Positions 26,285-39,500 of a stretch of 64,000 nucleotides of DNA are shown here, one piece after another. Origin of the DNA: Chiloscyllium plagiosum (taxonomy: Eukaryota); NCBI RefSeq assembly GCF_004010195.1, contig NC_057734.1, positions 44,229,606-44,293,605 on the forward strand, written 5' to 3'. Position 1 is the first letter of the stretch. The number at the start of each line of letters is the position of its first letter. The notes under the pieces are model-generated. The model searched no databases. It was not told the DNA's origin and saw nothing but the letters and a program-made list of their open reading frames with translations. The position numbers and the translations under genes are program-made.

Positions 26285-26625
26285 AATTACTCGCAATTCC
26301 AATTTGTTGTGTTTTACCTTTTCTGTAACTACTCACAGTATTAATCGCCCTTGTATTTCACATTGTTTCAATTTCCTCCTCAGAATATCCTTACGCGCCT
26401 TGGCATGTAGAAAGTGGGAAGATCATCTCAGATCATAGCTTTTTGACACCGTCCGTTAATGGTTGCTCGGTTAAACCCAACGATGCTCCGGTCAACTAAA
26501 TTCCTCAGAGTTTTCCAGACTGAAATTTTCTGAAATTTTCAAATATTTAATAAACGTGAAACATTTATTCCGACAGATATGCTAATTAATAATCCGATAC
26601 TCTTCGACTTATTTCTATTTTTCAG

Positions 26626-26948
26626 AACCACGAGTCCCTTCCGTTTCCCTCCTTCCGGCTTCATCGGTTCAAATCACGGAAAAGAACATGGCAACCCTGG
26701 TGTGTTTGGTGAGCAGGTTTAACCCGGGTGCTGTGGAGATTGAGTGGACGGTCGATGGCAGTGTGAGAGGGAATGGCGTAGAGACCAGTCGGGTACAGCA
26801 GGAAACGGACAACACGTTCAGTGTGAGCAGCTATCTGACCCTGTCAGTCTCAGAGTGGAACTCACACGAATTTTACTCCTGTGGGGTTAAACATGAGACT
26901 CTAACAACCCCACTTCAAAAAAGTATCGCGAAATCTAGTTGTATTTGA
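26626..26948 (+). CDS. IGLC: IgL constant exon, open reading frame intact (orphaned from V)
   Basis: Acceptor tttttcAG|aa; 323 nt like the functional C; both domain Cys, Trp and terminal Cys kept; 18 of 106 aa differ from the 59160 copy by manual count. Confidence 0.9.
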
Positions 26949-27115
26949 TTCAAAGATCTTATGTATTAATTTGTTATGCTAGCGGCAAGTTTTGTGTAAC
27001 ATCAAACAAGCTCTGTATAATCGACAATTTCAAGTCATAACAGGTTGCAGTTTATCAGTGGAGTCTCTGTATTTTACAGCGGGTCAAAGTATCAACATGC
27101 AAATACTCGCAGTAT

Positions 27116-27121
27116 AATAAA
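27116..27121 (+). terminator. Polyadenylation signal after orphan C exon
   Basis: AATAAA in context homologous to 59708. Confidence 0.6.
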
Positions 27122-28378
27122 AATGACCATTCATTAACTGAAACGTTGTTACTATTTTTATCCATTACAAATGAAGTGATTCAAAGCATGTGCCTAATTG
27201 CGATGACTCCTGAAGTTTAATTTAAATCTACACATTTTATGATGTCATTGACATCAAGCAGAATAATGTGATTACTTTCAATAGATTTTCAAAGGTAGAG
27301 CTAATTGGTATTATGTGTGCGGCAATCGTCTTCCAACATTTGGTTTCAAGTCCGACCTGCTCCAGAGGTTGTAATAACACCTTTGAACACCTGAAAATAT
27401 CTGCTGAAAAGTCGACCTCAGGGAGGGTGGTTTTGTAGTGATATCACTAGAGTAGAAATCCTGACTGAATGCTTTGTGAAGATAGATTCAAATCCTACAC
27501 TGGCAGATGGAGAAATTTGAATTCAATCGAAATAAATCAAAGTGATTCATAAGGGGACTTTTGTAGTGCAGTGATAGAGTCAGTTCCTTCAAGTCTCAAA
27601 GCCTTTGATATGAGCTATATATGCTGATGGAAAATCAGAACCTCCAAGATAGACGCAGGGCTCTTGTGGTATAGTGGTAGATTCCCTAACTCTGGACAGA
27701 TGAAATGCCTCGAAGGTAGTTCTGAACGAATCTTGTCGTTATGGGAATGGGGCTAAAACCTTTGTCCCTGCTTAAGCTTAGTACCTTTGTCCCTGCTCAA
27801 TACTTCAATGTGCTAAGCATCAGTGCTTGCAAAGCATCTGGTTCTACAATTTCAAGTTAACTATTGTAACTGCCTCTGCTTTGGACTTCAGGGACCATTG
27901 GTCATTGTAGTTTCTGGTATAGCAGTCTTCTTTCTTTCAAAATTATCCAACAACTTTGATTAATCAGTTTTTTTCCCCATTTCCATCAAATGTTAAACCG
28001 ACTAATTCTGTATGGCCTTTGATGGGAAAAGGATGAGATAAAAGTCACGATTTTAAATAAAAATCAACTTCACACTCACCGTGAAGCCAGTATGGAAGAT
28101 TTCCCATTCACTGTCAATATTCAGTCTGAAACACAACTGCAGCAGATAAATTGTTGCATGTGGAAGCGGGAGTTATTCTCGGTCAGAAAGAATGCATATA
28201 AAATATTCGCCGATTTCTGGCGGGTGCAGTGGAATTGGTGTTGATTGAGAGAAATTTCTTTTCAGTTATAGAACATTTTGCTTCATCTTGGACTGCATAA
28301 CAGAAAATAAATCGACTTCAAATGACTGAGATGAGCACACATGTCTTCACTTATTCTTTAAAAACCTACGCCTCATCG

Positions 28379-29548
28379 AAAATGAGGACTGCAGATGCTG
28401 GGGATCAGAGTTGAGAGTGTGGTGCTGGAAAAGCACAGCAGGTCAGGCAGCATCCGAGGAGCAGGAGAAATGACATTCTGGGCATAAACCCTTTATCAGG
28501 AATGAGGCTTGTGCGTCGGGACTGAGAGATAAATGGGAGGGGCTGGGGCTGGGGCTGGTGCTGGGGGAAGGTAGCTCAGAAAGCGATAGGTGGATGAAGG
28601 TGAGGGAGAAGGTGATAGGTCAGATGGGGGACTGAAGGACAGGTGCAAAGGGTGGTGCTGAGTTGGAGGCTTGGGACGAGGATAATGTGGGGGGAGGGGA
28701 AACGAGGAAGCAGTTGAACACCATATTTTCCCTGTGTGGTTGCACGGTCCCAAGGTGGAATATGAGGCATTCCCCCTTCAGGCGTCAGGTGGTAATGGTT
28801 TGGCGGTGGAGGAGGCCCAGGATCTGTATGTTCTTGTTGGGGTGGGAGGGAGAGTTGAAGTGTTCAGCCACGGGGAGGTGGGGTTGGTGGGTGCAGGTGT
28901 CCCAGAGATGTTCACTGAAATGATCCACAAGCAGGCTTCCTGTCTCCCCGATGTAGAGGGGACCAGACCAGGTGCAACTGACGCAGTAGATGACATTGGG
29001 AGAGGTACATGTAAATTTCTGATGAATGTGGACCGACTCCTTGGGGCCTTAGATGGAGGTGAGGGGAGTGGTGTGGGCACAGGTTTTGCACTTCCTGTGA
29101 TGGCAGGGAAAGGTGCCAGGAGTAGGGTGTAGGCTGGTGAGGGGTATGGACCTGATGAAGGAGTCTCGCAGGAAATGGTCTTTTCGAAATGCTGAAAGTG
29201 GTGTGGAGGGAAATCTGTCTCTGGTGTTGGGGTCCGATTGGAGATGGCAGACGTGATGGAGGATGATGTGTTGTATGCGGAGGATTGTGGGTGGAAGGTG
29301 TGGACCAAGGGAGCTCTGTCCTTGTTGCATTGGGAGAGGTGGGGTTCAAGGGCAGTGGTGCGTGAAGTGGAGGAAGTGCACTGGAAGGCATCGTCAACCA
29401 CGAGGGAAAGGATATTGCAATCGTGGAAGAAGGAGGCCATCTATAACTTTCTGAGGTGGAATCCTGGGAACAGATGCAGTGGAGGCAGAAGAATTGGGAA
29501 TAAGGGATGGCGTTTTTGCAGAGGTATGTTGGGAGGAGGTGTCGTCTA
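28379..29548 (-). mobile_element. Penelope-like element, inverted 3' arm (GIY-YIG region + terminus)
   Basis: Reverse complement of ~29880-30997; PLVxTFHP, CHHRKCKTC, LYIGETG-like motifs. Confidence 0.88.
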
Positions 29549-29556
29549 GGAAGGGA

Positions 29557-30997
29557 TCCAAACCAAAGGGGTAGCCATGGGTATGCACATGAGACCCAGC
29601 TATGCCTGCCTGTTTGTTGAGTATGTGGAACTGTCCATCTTCTGCAGTTACACCAGAACCACCTGTTCCTCTGTTACATCGATGACTGTATCGGCGCTGC
29701 CTCGTGCTCCCACGAGGAGGTTGAACAGTTCATCAATTTTACCAACACCTTCCACCCAACTTCAAATTCACCCAACTCAAAAACCTCCCCCCCCCCTTCC
29801 TGGACCTCTCCATCAACGTTTCTGGTACAGACTAACCACAGACATATACTACAAGCCCACTGACTGCCACAGTTACCTAGACTACAACTCTTCCCACCCT
29901 ACCTACTGCAAAAACGCCATCTCTTATACCCAACTCCTCTGCCTCCATCATTTTCCCAGGATGAGCAATTCCAACTCAGAAAGTCCCAGATGACCCCCTT
30001 CTTCTATGATCGCACCTTCACTTCCCACATGGTTGACGATGCCCTCCAGTGTATCTCCTCCACTTCACGCACCACCACTCTTGAACCCCACCCCTCCGAA
30101 CACAACAAGGACAAAATCTCCTTGGTCCTCACCTTCCACCCCACAAACCTCCGCATACAATGAATCATCATCCACTACTTCAGCCACCTCCAAACGGACC
30201 CCACCATCAAAGGCATACTACCCTCCCCACCACTATCAGAGTTCTAAAAAGACCATTCCCTCTGCAACTTCCTCATCAGGTCCACACCCCCCACCACCGC
30301 ACACTCTACTCCTGGCAACTTTTTCTGCCACAGCAGGAAGTGCAAAACCTGCGCCCATACCACTTCTCTCACCTCCGTCCAAGGTCCAAGGGTCCTTCCA
30401 CATCCATCAGAAATTTACCTGAACCTCTCCCAATTTCATGTTCTGCATCTGTTGTACCTGGTGTGATCCCCTCTACATCAGGGAGACAGGACACCTTCTT
30501 GCAGATCATTTCAGCAAACATCTCTGGGACACTTGCAATCCACCCCCATGGCTGACATGAACTCTTCCTCCCACTCCATCAGGGATACATAGGTCCTGGC
30601 CTCCTCTACCACCAATCCATTACCACCCAACGCCTGGAGGAGGAATGCTTCATATTCCGCCTTGGGACCCTGCAACCACATAGGATAAATGTGGATTTCA
30701 AAAGCTTTCGGATTTCCCCTCCCCCCAACTTATCCCAGTCCCAAGCCTCCAACTTGGCACCTCCAGACCTGTCCATCACTCCCCCCCCCACGCCCCGATC
30801 TATCACCTTCTCCCTCACCTTCATCTACCTATCGCTTTCTGAGCTACCTTCCCCCAGCCCCACCCCCTCTCATTTATCTCCCAGCCCCGACCCACAAGCT
30901 TCATTCCTGATAAAGTGCCTATGCCCAAAACGTCGATTCACCTGCTCTTCGGATACTACCTGACCCGCTGTGATTTTCCAGCACCAAACTCTCAACT
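29557..30997 (+). mobile_element. Penelope-like element, RT C-terminus + GIY-YIG, broken
   Basis: KGVAMG...PSYACLFV, YIDD, TDIYYKPTD.HSYLDY, YIRETG motifs. Confidence 0.9.
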
Positions 30998-31549
30998 TCA
31001 TTAATTATTTATTCCGTCTCAGTGAAAGAAATCTCCCACTTTAGCCAGCAGTGTCGCTGTGGAGAGAACCCAATCAAACCATAAAGATAATTTCCCAAAT
31101 ATAGAAGCCGTAGCGCAGGATAACACTGGCTAAAATTAACTCAATGTGTAAATGGTAAAGCAGGCAAACCAATGTGAGGTGAAAAAGAAAGACAATTATC
31201 AACATCTTGCGCATTGAAATGGGAAATTACAACAATCAGAAGAAAACTACTTTGTAGGAATGGTTTATGTCAATTCCAAGATATTTATCTTTTCGAGAGG
31301 CAGGCAGAAATCAGTTTCTGTATTTGCCAATTTATGAGACAAAAATTAGGATTATTTACTGCTCATGTCTGTCAATATTAATTTGGATGATTCTTTTCCA
31401 CGGAATGCTTATTCTTTAATATTAAGACATTCCGAATAGTAAAGGCTATGCAGTGGTCACAGTTTAATTTCTTTTCTCACATGACAATTGCATCCATCAT
31501 ATGTTTTCCTGTTCATTTTCTAAAAAGCAGAAATGAAATGACGAATATA

Positions 31550-33780
31550 TAGACTACATAGCAATAGCTACTCAGCAGTCCTATCTTACTGTCGCCGTAG
31601 CAAAAGCCATTGTTCTTGCTGCGTCCTGGATCCACCGTCAGTGTTATGCATCACCACATGCACAGTCTCCCACTCTCTCTCTATCAGCACTATCTCACAC
31701 AGTTTCAGATCTGTCCTGTCTCTCAGTTTTACCTCATTCTGTGGCTCGTTCGATGTTTGAACCTTTCTTCTATTCAGGCTTTAAGGAGAGCACGCTCGGA
31801 GATACCATACCTCTCTGCAACCTTCTGCCTTTGCCGTTTTCTGTCCTCATCTTTTTGCCTCATCCCACAATTTATTGATTATTTATTACCTCTACTGACA
31901 TTCCTATACCTGATGCTGAACTTTCTGTACTCAGCAAAGGACATAGTGTTATTTATTTGCCCAAATCAATGAATGAATTTCAGGTATGAAATGTTGTTGA
32001 GCTCTGACGCCTCCATCTCCATAACATTTCGCTGGACAGGAGTCTTCTGCCTATTCAACACATCCTTTCACCCACCTCCAACACTGTCATTCCATCTGGC
32101 CTTTTACCTCCGCTCAACCTATTTATTGAGAACTGTTGACATGACATAATTTGCCTTCATTTCCCTGCCCCCTCCCCATTCAAACTTATACCCTCTGAAC
32201 TGACTGCACTCTGTGCTGTCCCATTCAAACTTCAGTTTGAAATTATGCCTGCCTACAAGGGTGATGCTGTTCTTGTTGGGCATACCGAATCCTACATTGT
32301 GGAGCCTGAACATGAGTCGTCAGACATGACCACATCAAGCACCATGCTACAGTATCCACGGTGGTCACTAATCTCATTTAATTATTAAATGCTCCCCAAA
32401 ACTCTCATTAGCCTCCAAGCTCACAGTACCCCAACCCCAGACAGCCCGTTTCCAACTTCTTTCCAAAATCCACAAGACTGCCAACGCAGACCCATTGCTT
32501 CTCCTTTGCCTGCCCATAGAATGTATTTCTTCTTACCTTGTTGCGAATTTTCTCCCATCCTATTGTTTCTTCCCACTTACATCCGTAACTCCTCTAATCA
32601 GTTTCAAAATTTCCAATATGCAAGCACTAGCAGCTTCCATTTCACAACTTTCATTCAATAACCCTACACATGCACTCCCATCAGGATGGGTTTGAGTTTT
32701 CTCTGCTTCTTCCTGGAAAGAAAGCCTGAACAATCCCCATTTACCACCACCCCCCTCTGCCTGCTTGAGTTCGTCCGTACTTTGATCAACTTCCCCTTTA
32801 ACTACCTTCACTTTCTTTAGATCAAAGGTGTGATGAAGTGTAACTGCATGGGTCACAGTTATGCTTGCCTCTTTGTTGGATATGTGGAACATTACTTCTC
32901 CCAATATTGTTTGGGTCCTTCCATGCAACTGTTTTTCTGGTACATCAGTGCGGATTTCCTCTCACATTGAGATTTCAAAAAATTGATCATCTCCAATTTT
33001 CACTCTGTTCTCACTTTCACCATGTCCATCTTTGACTCCACTGTTCCCTTCCTTCGCATCTCTGTTTCCATGTCTAGGAATACACTGGCCACCAATATCC
33101 ACTGTCAACCTAACGCCTCCCACATTTACCTGGACTATATATCTACACTCCTTGTTTGTTGTAGTGATTTCATTCTAATCTTCCCGTTTCTCCATCTCTA
33201 TTGCATCTGTTTCGAGTATAGCACATACTGCATGTAGCCTCAAGAATTCCCATATTTTTTTCCTGAACAGGGACTTGCCTGCCACTATGGTTGACAGAAC
33301 ATTTAGCAGGGCCCGTCCCATTCCCACACTTCTGCCCCGAACTCTTCTCTTTCTCCTCACAATACAGATAGTCTGGTCCAGCACTTAGATCCAAAGAATT
33401 AGAAGCCTGCATTTCAGCTACTTTCAGCAGTATGCCATTACCAGACGCATTACCCTTCCTCTCCCGTCAGTGCATTGCTCAGGTAGTTCTGTCCAGGACA
33501 CCGTGGTTCACTCCTCCTCTCTCAATAACTCCACACATCCCCATAGTAACCTCCCATGCAATTTATAAGGTGCAACAGTTGGGCATTTACTGCGCTCGCC
33601 TGACTCTTTAAGGTTTCAGACATAACTTCCAGGTGAAGCAACAATTTACGCACACTTCACTTTTTCTAGTTTGCAGTACTCACTGCGCATAATGTGGTCT
33701 CCTCTTCATCGGGAACATAAAACATAAAGTGGGTGACAGCTTTGTGAACCATCTGCATTTTGCTCCCCTCCTCACTCATT
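31550..33780 (+). mobile_element. Older decayed Penelope-like element
   Basis: MGHSYACLFVGYVE and LATNIH...HIYLDY remnants. Confidence 0.75.
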
Positions 33781-34329
33781 AGCATCTAATCCAACTTATC
33801 CCAGCTGCTACGGAGATCAGGAGGAGTTAGAGAGCATAGCAGAAAGTAGTCTATCCAAAGTTCCCGAGCACCTTTCAAGAAATACATTTTTAATATCAAT
33901 GACCCATACAAGAAAGCTGTGAATGCTGAAACAATTGAAAACATTATCAGGCTCTCTTCCCCTTTGTATTTTCTATTCATTATTCCACTGGCAACTAGGT
34001 TGGAGAAATAAGCCCCAGTGTGATCTGCAATGGGACGAATCTTTTGACCACATCTGTCCTGCTTCCAGAACTCTCACCTCCAATAACAAGTCACCAAGTT
34101 TGCAAGTGCTTGCCACTCATTTCCCTTCCGTTAGCTCACTTGCATAAACGCTTCTCTGCATCTCTGCGTGGTTTCTTTGCAAGGATGAGTGGATACATCC
34201 TAAGTGGACTGCCCTTATCTTTGAATATCTATCCCTTATGTCATGCATGAAGTGGTAATAGCTGTGTCAAGTTAGGTGGCTAAACCATGTATGTACCAAG
34301 GCAGCATTCGGGAACTGTGCACATGCTTG

Positions 34330-34760
34330 AAATATCCTTCCGGGTGGTCATAGAACTGCAATCGCCACTTGCATTCATTCGATCATACCTTCATGTGGAG
34401 GAGTCCAGAGATGACTCTGAAACCCATGACTCAAATAGCTTGATTGTTCAGATTACTGTGCAAATTTGCATAATTCTTGGCCCTCTTGAACAGGACATTT
34501 GTCAACAGCATGTTGCATCTCTGCGCCACAGATTGTCAGATCCCAGACATTATCAAGCGAATCACAGAAAATGTCGATAGGCACAGACGTTCTGTGTCAC
34601 GTGGACGTTCAACTCACTGGCAAATGTTAACTGCTGTTTTCCATAGGGCTTCTCCTGTCCTCCAACAAAGTACACAAATCATTGATGACCTCAGTGGCGA
34701 GGCCGAATCTTCAGAAACTTGCTTGTTGAACACTGGACTCTGCTTTAGGGAATATCTTTC
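34330..34760 (-). mobile_element. PIF/Harbinger transposase (HARBI1-like) relic
   Basis: Minus strand RFGLATEVINDLCTLLED...LPV...SGI*QSVAQRC..LTNVLFKRAKNY...GFRVISG...GMIE*MQVAI resembles the Harbinger N-terminus up to the GxIDCTHVAI motif. Confidence 0.7.
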
Positions 34761-35629
34761 TGAAGACTAACTATTTTGCCACACTCTGTGCCCTTTTCGC
34801 ACACTAAAGAACATCTCCCTGTTGAGCCTGACATGACTCATTTCCTAATGCTATTACTTTCACTTCTGTCTCTCTATGCTGCTTCTTCTCTTTGCCAAAG
34901 GCCTAAGCTTGGCTAAATAAAGCATATGGCAAGTGTCTATTTCAGTTTGCAAGACCTCTTCTCCAAAAGAGCCTTGCTACAGTAGTATCCATTCCTATAC
35001 AATACTATACTATCCATTCCTATAGTATACATAGGGTAGTGTACATACCTATACTACCAAGGCATTGCTACAGCTCAAGTGCCAGTGGACTAGAAAGTAA
35101 TATTGGTAGCACTATCTTGAAGTGCAGGCATATTTCCACACTTTCTACCTTTGTTTCCAGTGCCTAGACCTAACTTCAAAATTGCACTGACTCTCATGAT
35201 GTATGCCAGTTGAAACTGCGATTGAATGTTCACTTGCTTTGCTCTTCTTTACTTGGAAGGCCCTGAGACTCTGTAGATCCCTTGTATTATTATAGGAGGT
35301 TCAAAACTCTTTCACAATTTAGGAATATTGGTAGATCTAGTAGTGGTGTTAACTTTTCTTTTCTGGGGATTATGCATAATCTTTGACGCCCTCCAGAAGA
35401 GTTTGGGGCCATATGGGGTCCCAGGTTTAGATGTGGTTAAAATTTGAAGCTCATGTTGTAGAGTGTGTGATTCAGCTCAGGCATTAGTCACTGAGGAGGA
35501 TGGAATCTATTTCCATGCATGTTAAGGGGCTGAAGACAAAGGCCCCATTCTCCCAAATGTTTAACTGGAGAATATTTCTGCTTGCCAGTAATTAATATAT
35601 TGACACCAGACAGATGATGGACAGAAGAA

Positions 35630-37625
35630 CGTGAGGACTGCAGTTGCTGGAGATCAGGGTCAAAACATGTGGAGCTGGAAAAGCACAGGCAGTCAGGCAG
35701 AATCCAAGGAACAGGAGAGTCAAAGTTTCAAGCATGAGCTGTTCATCAGGATTGGTGGGGAGCAAGGAGGCTGAGAGATAAATGGAGGCAGTGGGGCAAG
35801 GGGAAGGTAGCTGAAAACACGATAGGTAGATGAAGGTGGGGGGATGGTAATAGGTCAGAGGATGGAGCAGATAGGTGGGCAGGAAGATGGGCAGGTGGGA
35901 CAGTTAAAGATGGCGATGCTGAGTTTGATGGTTGGATCTGGGATAAGGTGGGGCCAGGGAAGATGAGGAAACTGGCAATGTTGACAATGATCCTGTGTGG
36001 TTGGAAGGTACCAAGGCAGAAGATGAAGCATTCTTCCTCCAGGTGTCGAGTGGCTAGAATTTGGTGGTGGATGAGGCCCAGGACTTGCATGTTGTTGGTG
36101 TAGTGGGAGGGGGAGTTCAAGTGTTCGGTCACAGGGCAGTGGGGTTGTTTAGTGTGTGTCTCCCAGAGATGTTCTTTCAAATGTTCTGCAAGTTGGCATC
36201 TTGTTTCCCCAATGTAGATGAGATCACATCAGGAGCAATGGACATAGTAGATGACAACTGTGAAGGTGCAGGAAAATCTTTGTCGGATGTGGAAAGATCT
36301 CTTGGGGCCATGGATGGAGGTGAGGGGGGTGGTGTGGGCATAGGTTTTAGACCTCTTGCGGTGACCAAAATATAGGCCTCACATTTATCTATATTAAACT
36401 CCATCTGCCACACTTTGGCTCGTCATCTCACCTGATCAAGGTCCTGTTGTATTCTGAAATAACCTTATTTGTTATCCACTGCACCACTAATTTGGCAACT
36501 TCTGTAAACTTACTAACTATACCTCCAATCTTCAAGTAAAAACCCTTTATATAAAAGACAAAAAGAACCGAGTGAGGGTGGGTTGGGGGGGAGATTGTTG
36601 GTGTAGTGGGAGGGTCCTGTTGTATTCTGAAATAACCTTATTTGTTGTCCACTGCACCACTAATTTGGCAACTTCTGTAAACTTACTAACTATACCTCCA
36701 ATCGTCACGTAAAAACCCTTTATATAAAAGACAAAAAGAACCGAGTGAGGGTGGGTTGGGGGGGAGAAGGGTGAACCGAATTAAGGAGTTATAGACAGAA
36801 TGGTCTCTGCCGAATGCAGATAGGGGTGGAGAGGGAAATATATCCCTGGTAGTGGGATCTCTTTGTAGGTGGCAAAAAAAGCAGAGGATGATATGTTGGA
36901 TCCAGAGGTTGGTGGAGTAGAAGGTGAGGACCAGGGGAGTTATGTTCTGGTTGCGATTGATGGGGTGGGGTTGAAGGGGTGGTGGTGCGGGACGTGGAAG
37001 AGATGTGTTGGAGGGGATCATTGACCATGTTGGGGGCAGGGCGGTGGAGGAAATTGTGATCCATGAAGAAGGAGACCCTTTGGGATAACCTGAGGTGGAC
37101 TTGATCCTCTTGGGAGCAGATGGAGTGAAGGTGGAAGAATTAGGAGTAAGGGATAGCGCTTTTACTAGAGGTGGCGTTGGCTGAGGTGTAATCCAGGTAG
37201 ATGTGGTAGTCAGTGGGTTTGAAGTAAATGTCTGTGTTGAGTCGGTCACCAGAAAGGGAGATGGAGAGTTCCAGGAAAGGGAGGAAGGTGTCTGAGATGG
37301 TCCAGGTGAACTTGAAGTCAGGGTGGAAGGTGTTCATGAAGTTGATGAACCATTCAACTTTCTTGTGGGAGCACAAGATAGCGCCGATACATGCATCGAT
37401 GTAGCAGAGAAAAAGGTGCAGAACGGTGCTGGTGTAACTGCGGAAGATTGACTTTTACACACGTCCAATGAAGAGGCAGGCACAGCTGGGGCCTATGCGG
37501 GTGCCCATGGCTACCCCTTTGGTCTGGAGGGAGTGGGAGGATATGAAATATAAATTCCTGAGGATGAGAATCAGTTCAGACAATCAAATGAGTGTGTTGG
37601 TGGAAGGGCAGGAGAGGAAGAAATA
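35630..37625 (-). mobile_element. Penelope-like element, interrupted at 36364-36767
   Basis: KGVAMGTRIGPSCACLF, TDIYFKPTDYHIYLDY, GIY-YIG region and terminus. Confidence 0.88.
36440..36767. repeat. Tandem duplication of ~155 bp (36440-36594 / 36613-36767)
   Basis: Near-identical copies separated by a short spacer. Confidence 0.92.
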
Positions 37626-38119
37626 TAGGGCTTGAAGGTAGCATTCCCACCTCCGGCTTCAAGTCTGACGTGGTCTAGAGGCGTGTGATGATATCCCTGA
37701 ACAGATTACTTAGAAAATATCTCCTTAAAGTTAAACTTAAGGGTTGTACTCGTTTAGTGGTATTGTCATTAGATTAGTAATCTTGACCAAATATTCTGGG
37801 AATGTAGATTGAAACTCTACCCTGATAGATAATGAAATTTGAATTCAATCACAATACAAATCACAAATGGACATAAGGGGGCCATCATAGAGCAGTAGTA
37901 GAGTCCATTCCTTTGAGCCAGCAGGCCTGAATTTAAGTTACACCTGCCGTTACCTGTGATGTGATGTCTGAACAGGTTGATGAAAAATAGTTGCTTCCAA
38001 CATAAACCTGAGTGCTATTGTGATGTTGCAGTCGAGTCCCTAACTCTAGATGTTCAGAATAGGTATCTCAAAGATAGAATCATAGAATTCCTGAAGTGCT
38101 GACAGAGGCCATTGATAAC

Positions 38120-39500
38120 CATGGATGAGGTTCCAGAAGACTGGAGGTTGGCTAAAGTGGTGCCATTATGTAAAAATTGTGGTAAGGAAAAACCAATGAA
38201 CTACAGAGTAGTGAGCCTGCAATCAGTGGTGGGCACTGCATTCTGAGGGATAGAATTTGCATAACTTGGAAAGGCAAGGACTGATGAGGGATAGTGACCA
38301 TGGTTTTGTGCGCAGGAAATTGTATCTCACAGACTTGATTGAGTTTTTTGAAGAAGTAACAAAGATTGTTAATGAAGGCAGAACGTTAGCCTGCATGGAC
38401 TTCACTAGGTTTCGAGGAGGTTCTGCATGGTAGACTAGTTAACAAGGTTGGAGCAGGGAGAACTAGCCATGTGGATAAAAAGAAAAGCTCAAAGGTAAGA
38501 GGCAGAGAGGGGTGGTGGAGCGTTGCTTTTTGGAATGGGAGCTTTGACTAGTGTTATGCCATAAAGATCAGTTCTTTTTGTCTTTTATATAAAGGGTTTT
38601 TTAATGTGAACATTGGAGATATAGTTAGTAAGTTTGCAGAAGTTACCAAATTAGTAGTGCAGTGGACAACAAACAAGAATATTTCAGAGTACAACAGGAC
38701 CTTGATCAGATGGGATGACGAGCGAAAGTGTGGCAGATGAGTTTAATATAGATAAATGTGAGGTCTATATTTTGGTAGGGAACATCAGGACATGACTTAA
38801 ACTCTTAATGGTAAGGTCCTGGGAAGTGTTGCCAAACAAAGAGATCTTAGAGTGCAGGTTCATAATTCAATGAAAGTGGAATGGGGGATAGACAGGTAGT
38901 GGTATTGGTCAGTGCATTGAAGATAGGTATTGGGGGGTCATGTTGTGGCTGTATAGGACATTGGTTAGCCAACTTTTGGAATACTGCTTACAATTCTGGT
39001 CTCCCTGCTATAGGAAAGATGTTGTTAAACTTGAAATCGTTTAGAAACGATTGACAAGAATGTTGCCAGGGTTGGAGGGTTTGAGCTACAGAAGAGGCTG
39101 AGTAGGCTCTGGGTACTTACCCTGGTGCATCAGAGGCAGGGGAGTGATCTTATGGAACTTTACAAAATTATGAGGAGCCTGGATGCAGTGTGTAGTCAAG
39201 GTCTTTTCCCCAGGTAGGAAAGTCAAAATCTAGAGGACACAGGTATAAGGTGACAGGGGCAAAATTTAAAAGGACATAGAGGGTGGTACATAAATGGAAT
39301 GATCTTCCAGAGGATGTAATGGAGGCTGGTACAATTGCAATACTTGAAAGTTATATGACATGGTATATGAATAGAAAAGGTTTAAAGGGATATGGGCCAT
39401 TTTCTGGCAGAGTGGACTAGATTAATTTAGGATATCTGTTTGGCATGGATGAATGAGACTGAACAATCTGTTTCCGTGCTGTGTGTTTCTATAATTCTAT
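38120..39500 (+). mobile_element. CR1/HER1 LINE 3' fragment
   Basis: VPEDWRLA, RT remnants and 3' tail. Confidence 0.88.

Noticed and set aside
28496-30963. Many overlapping Pro/Ser-rich ORFs
   Set aside because: Alternative frames of a decayed Penelope-like element
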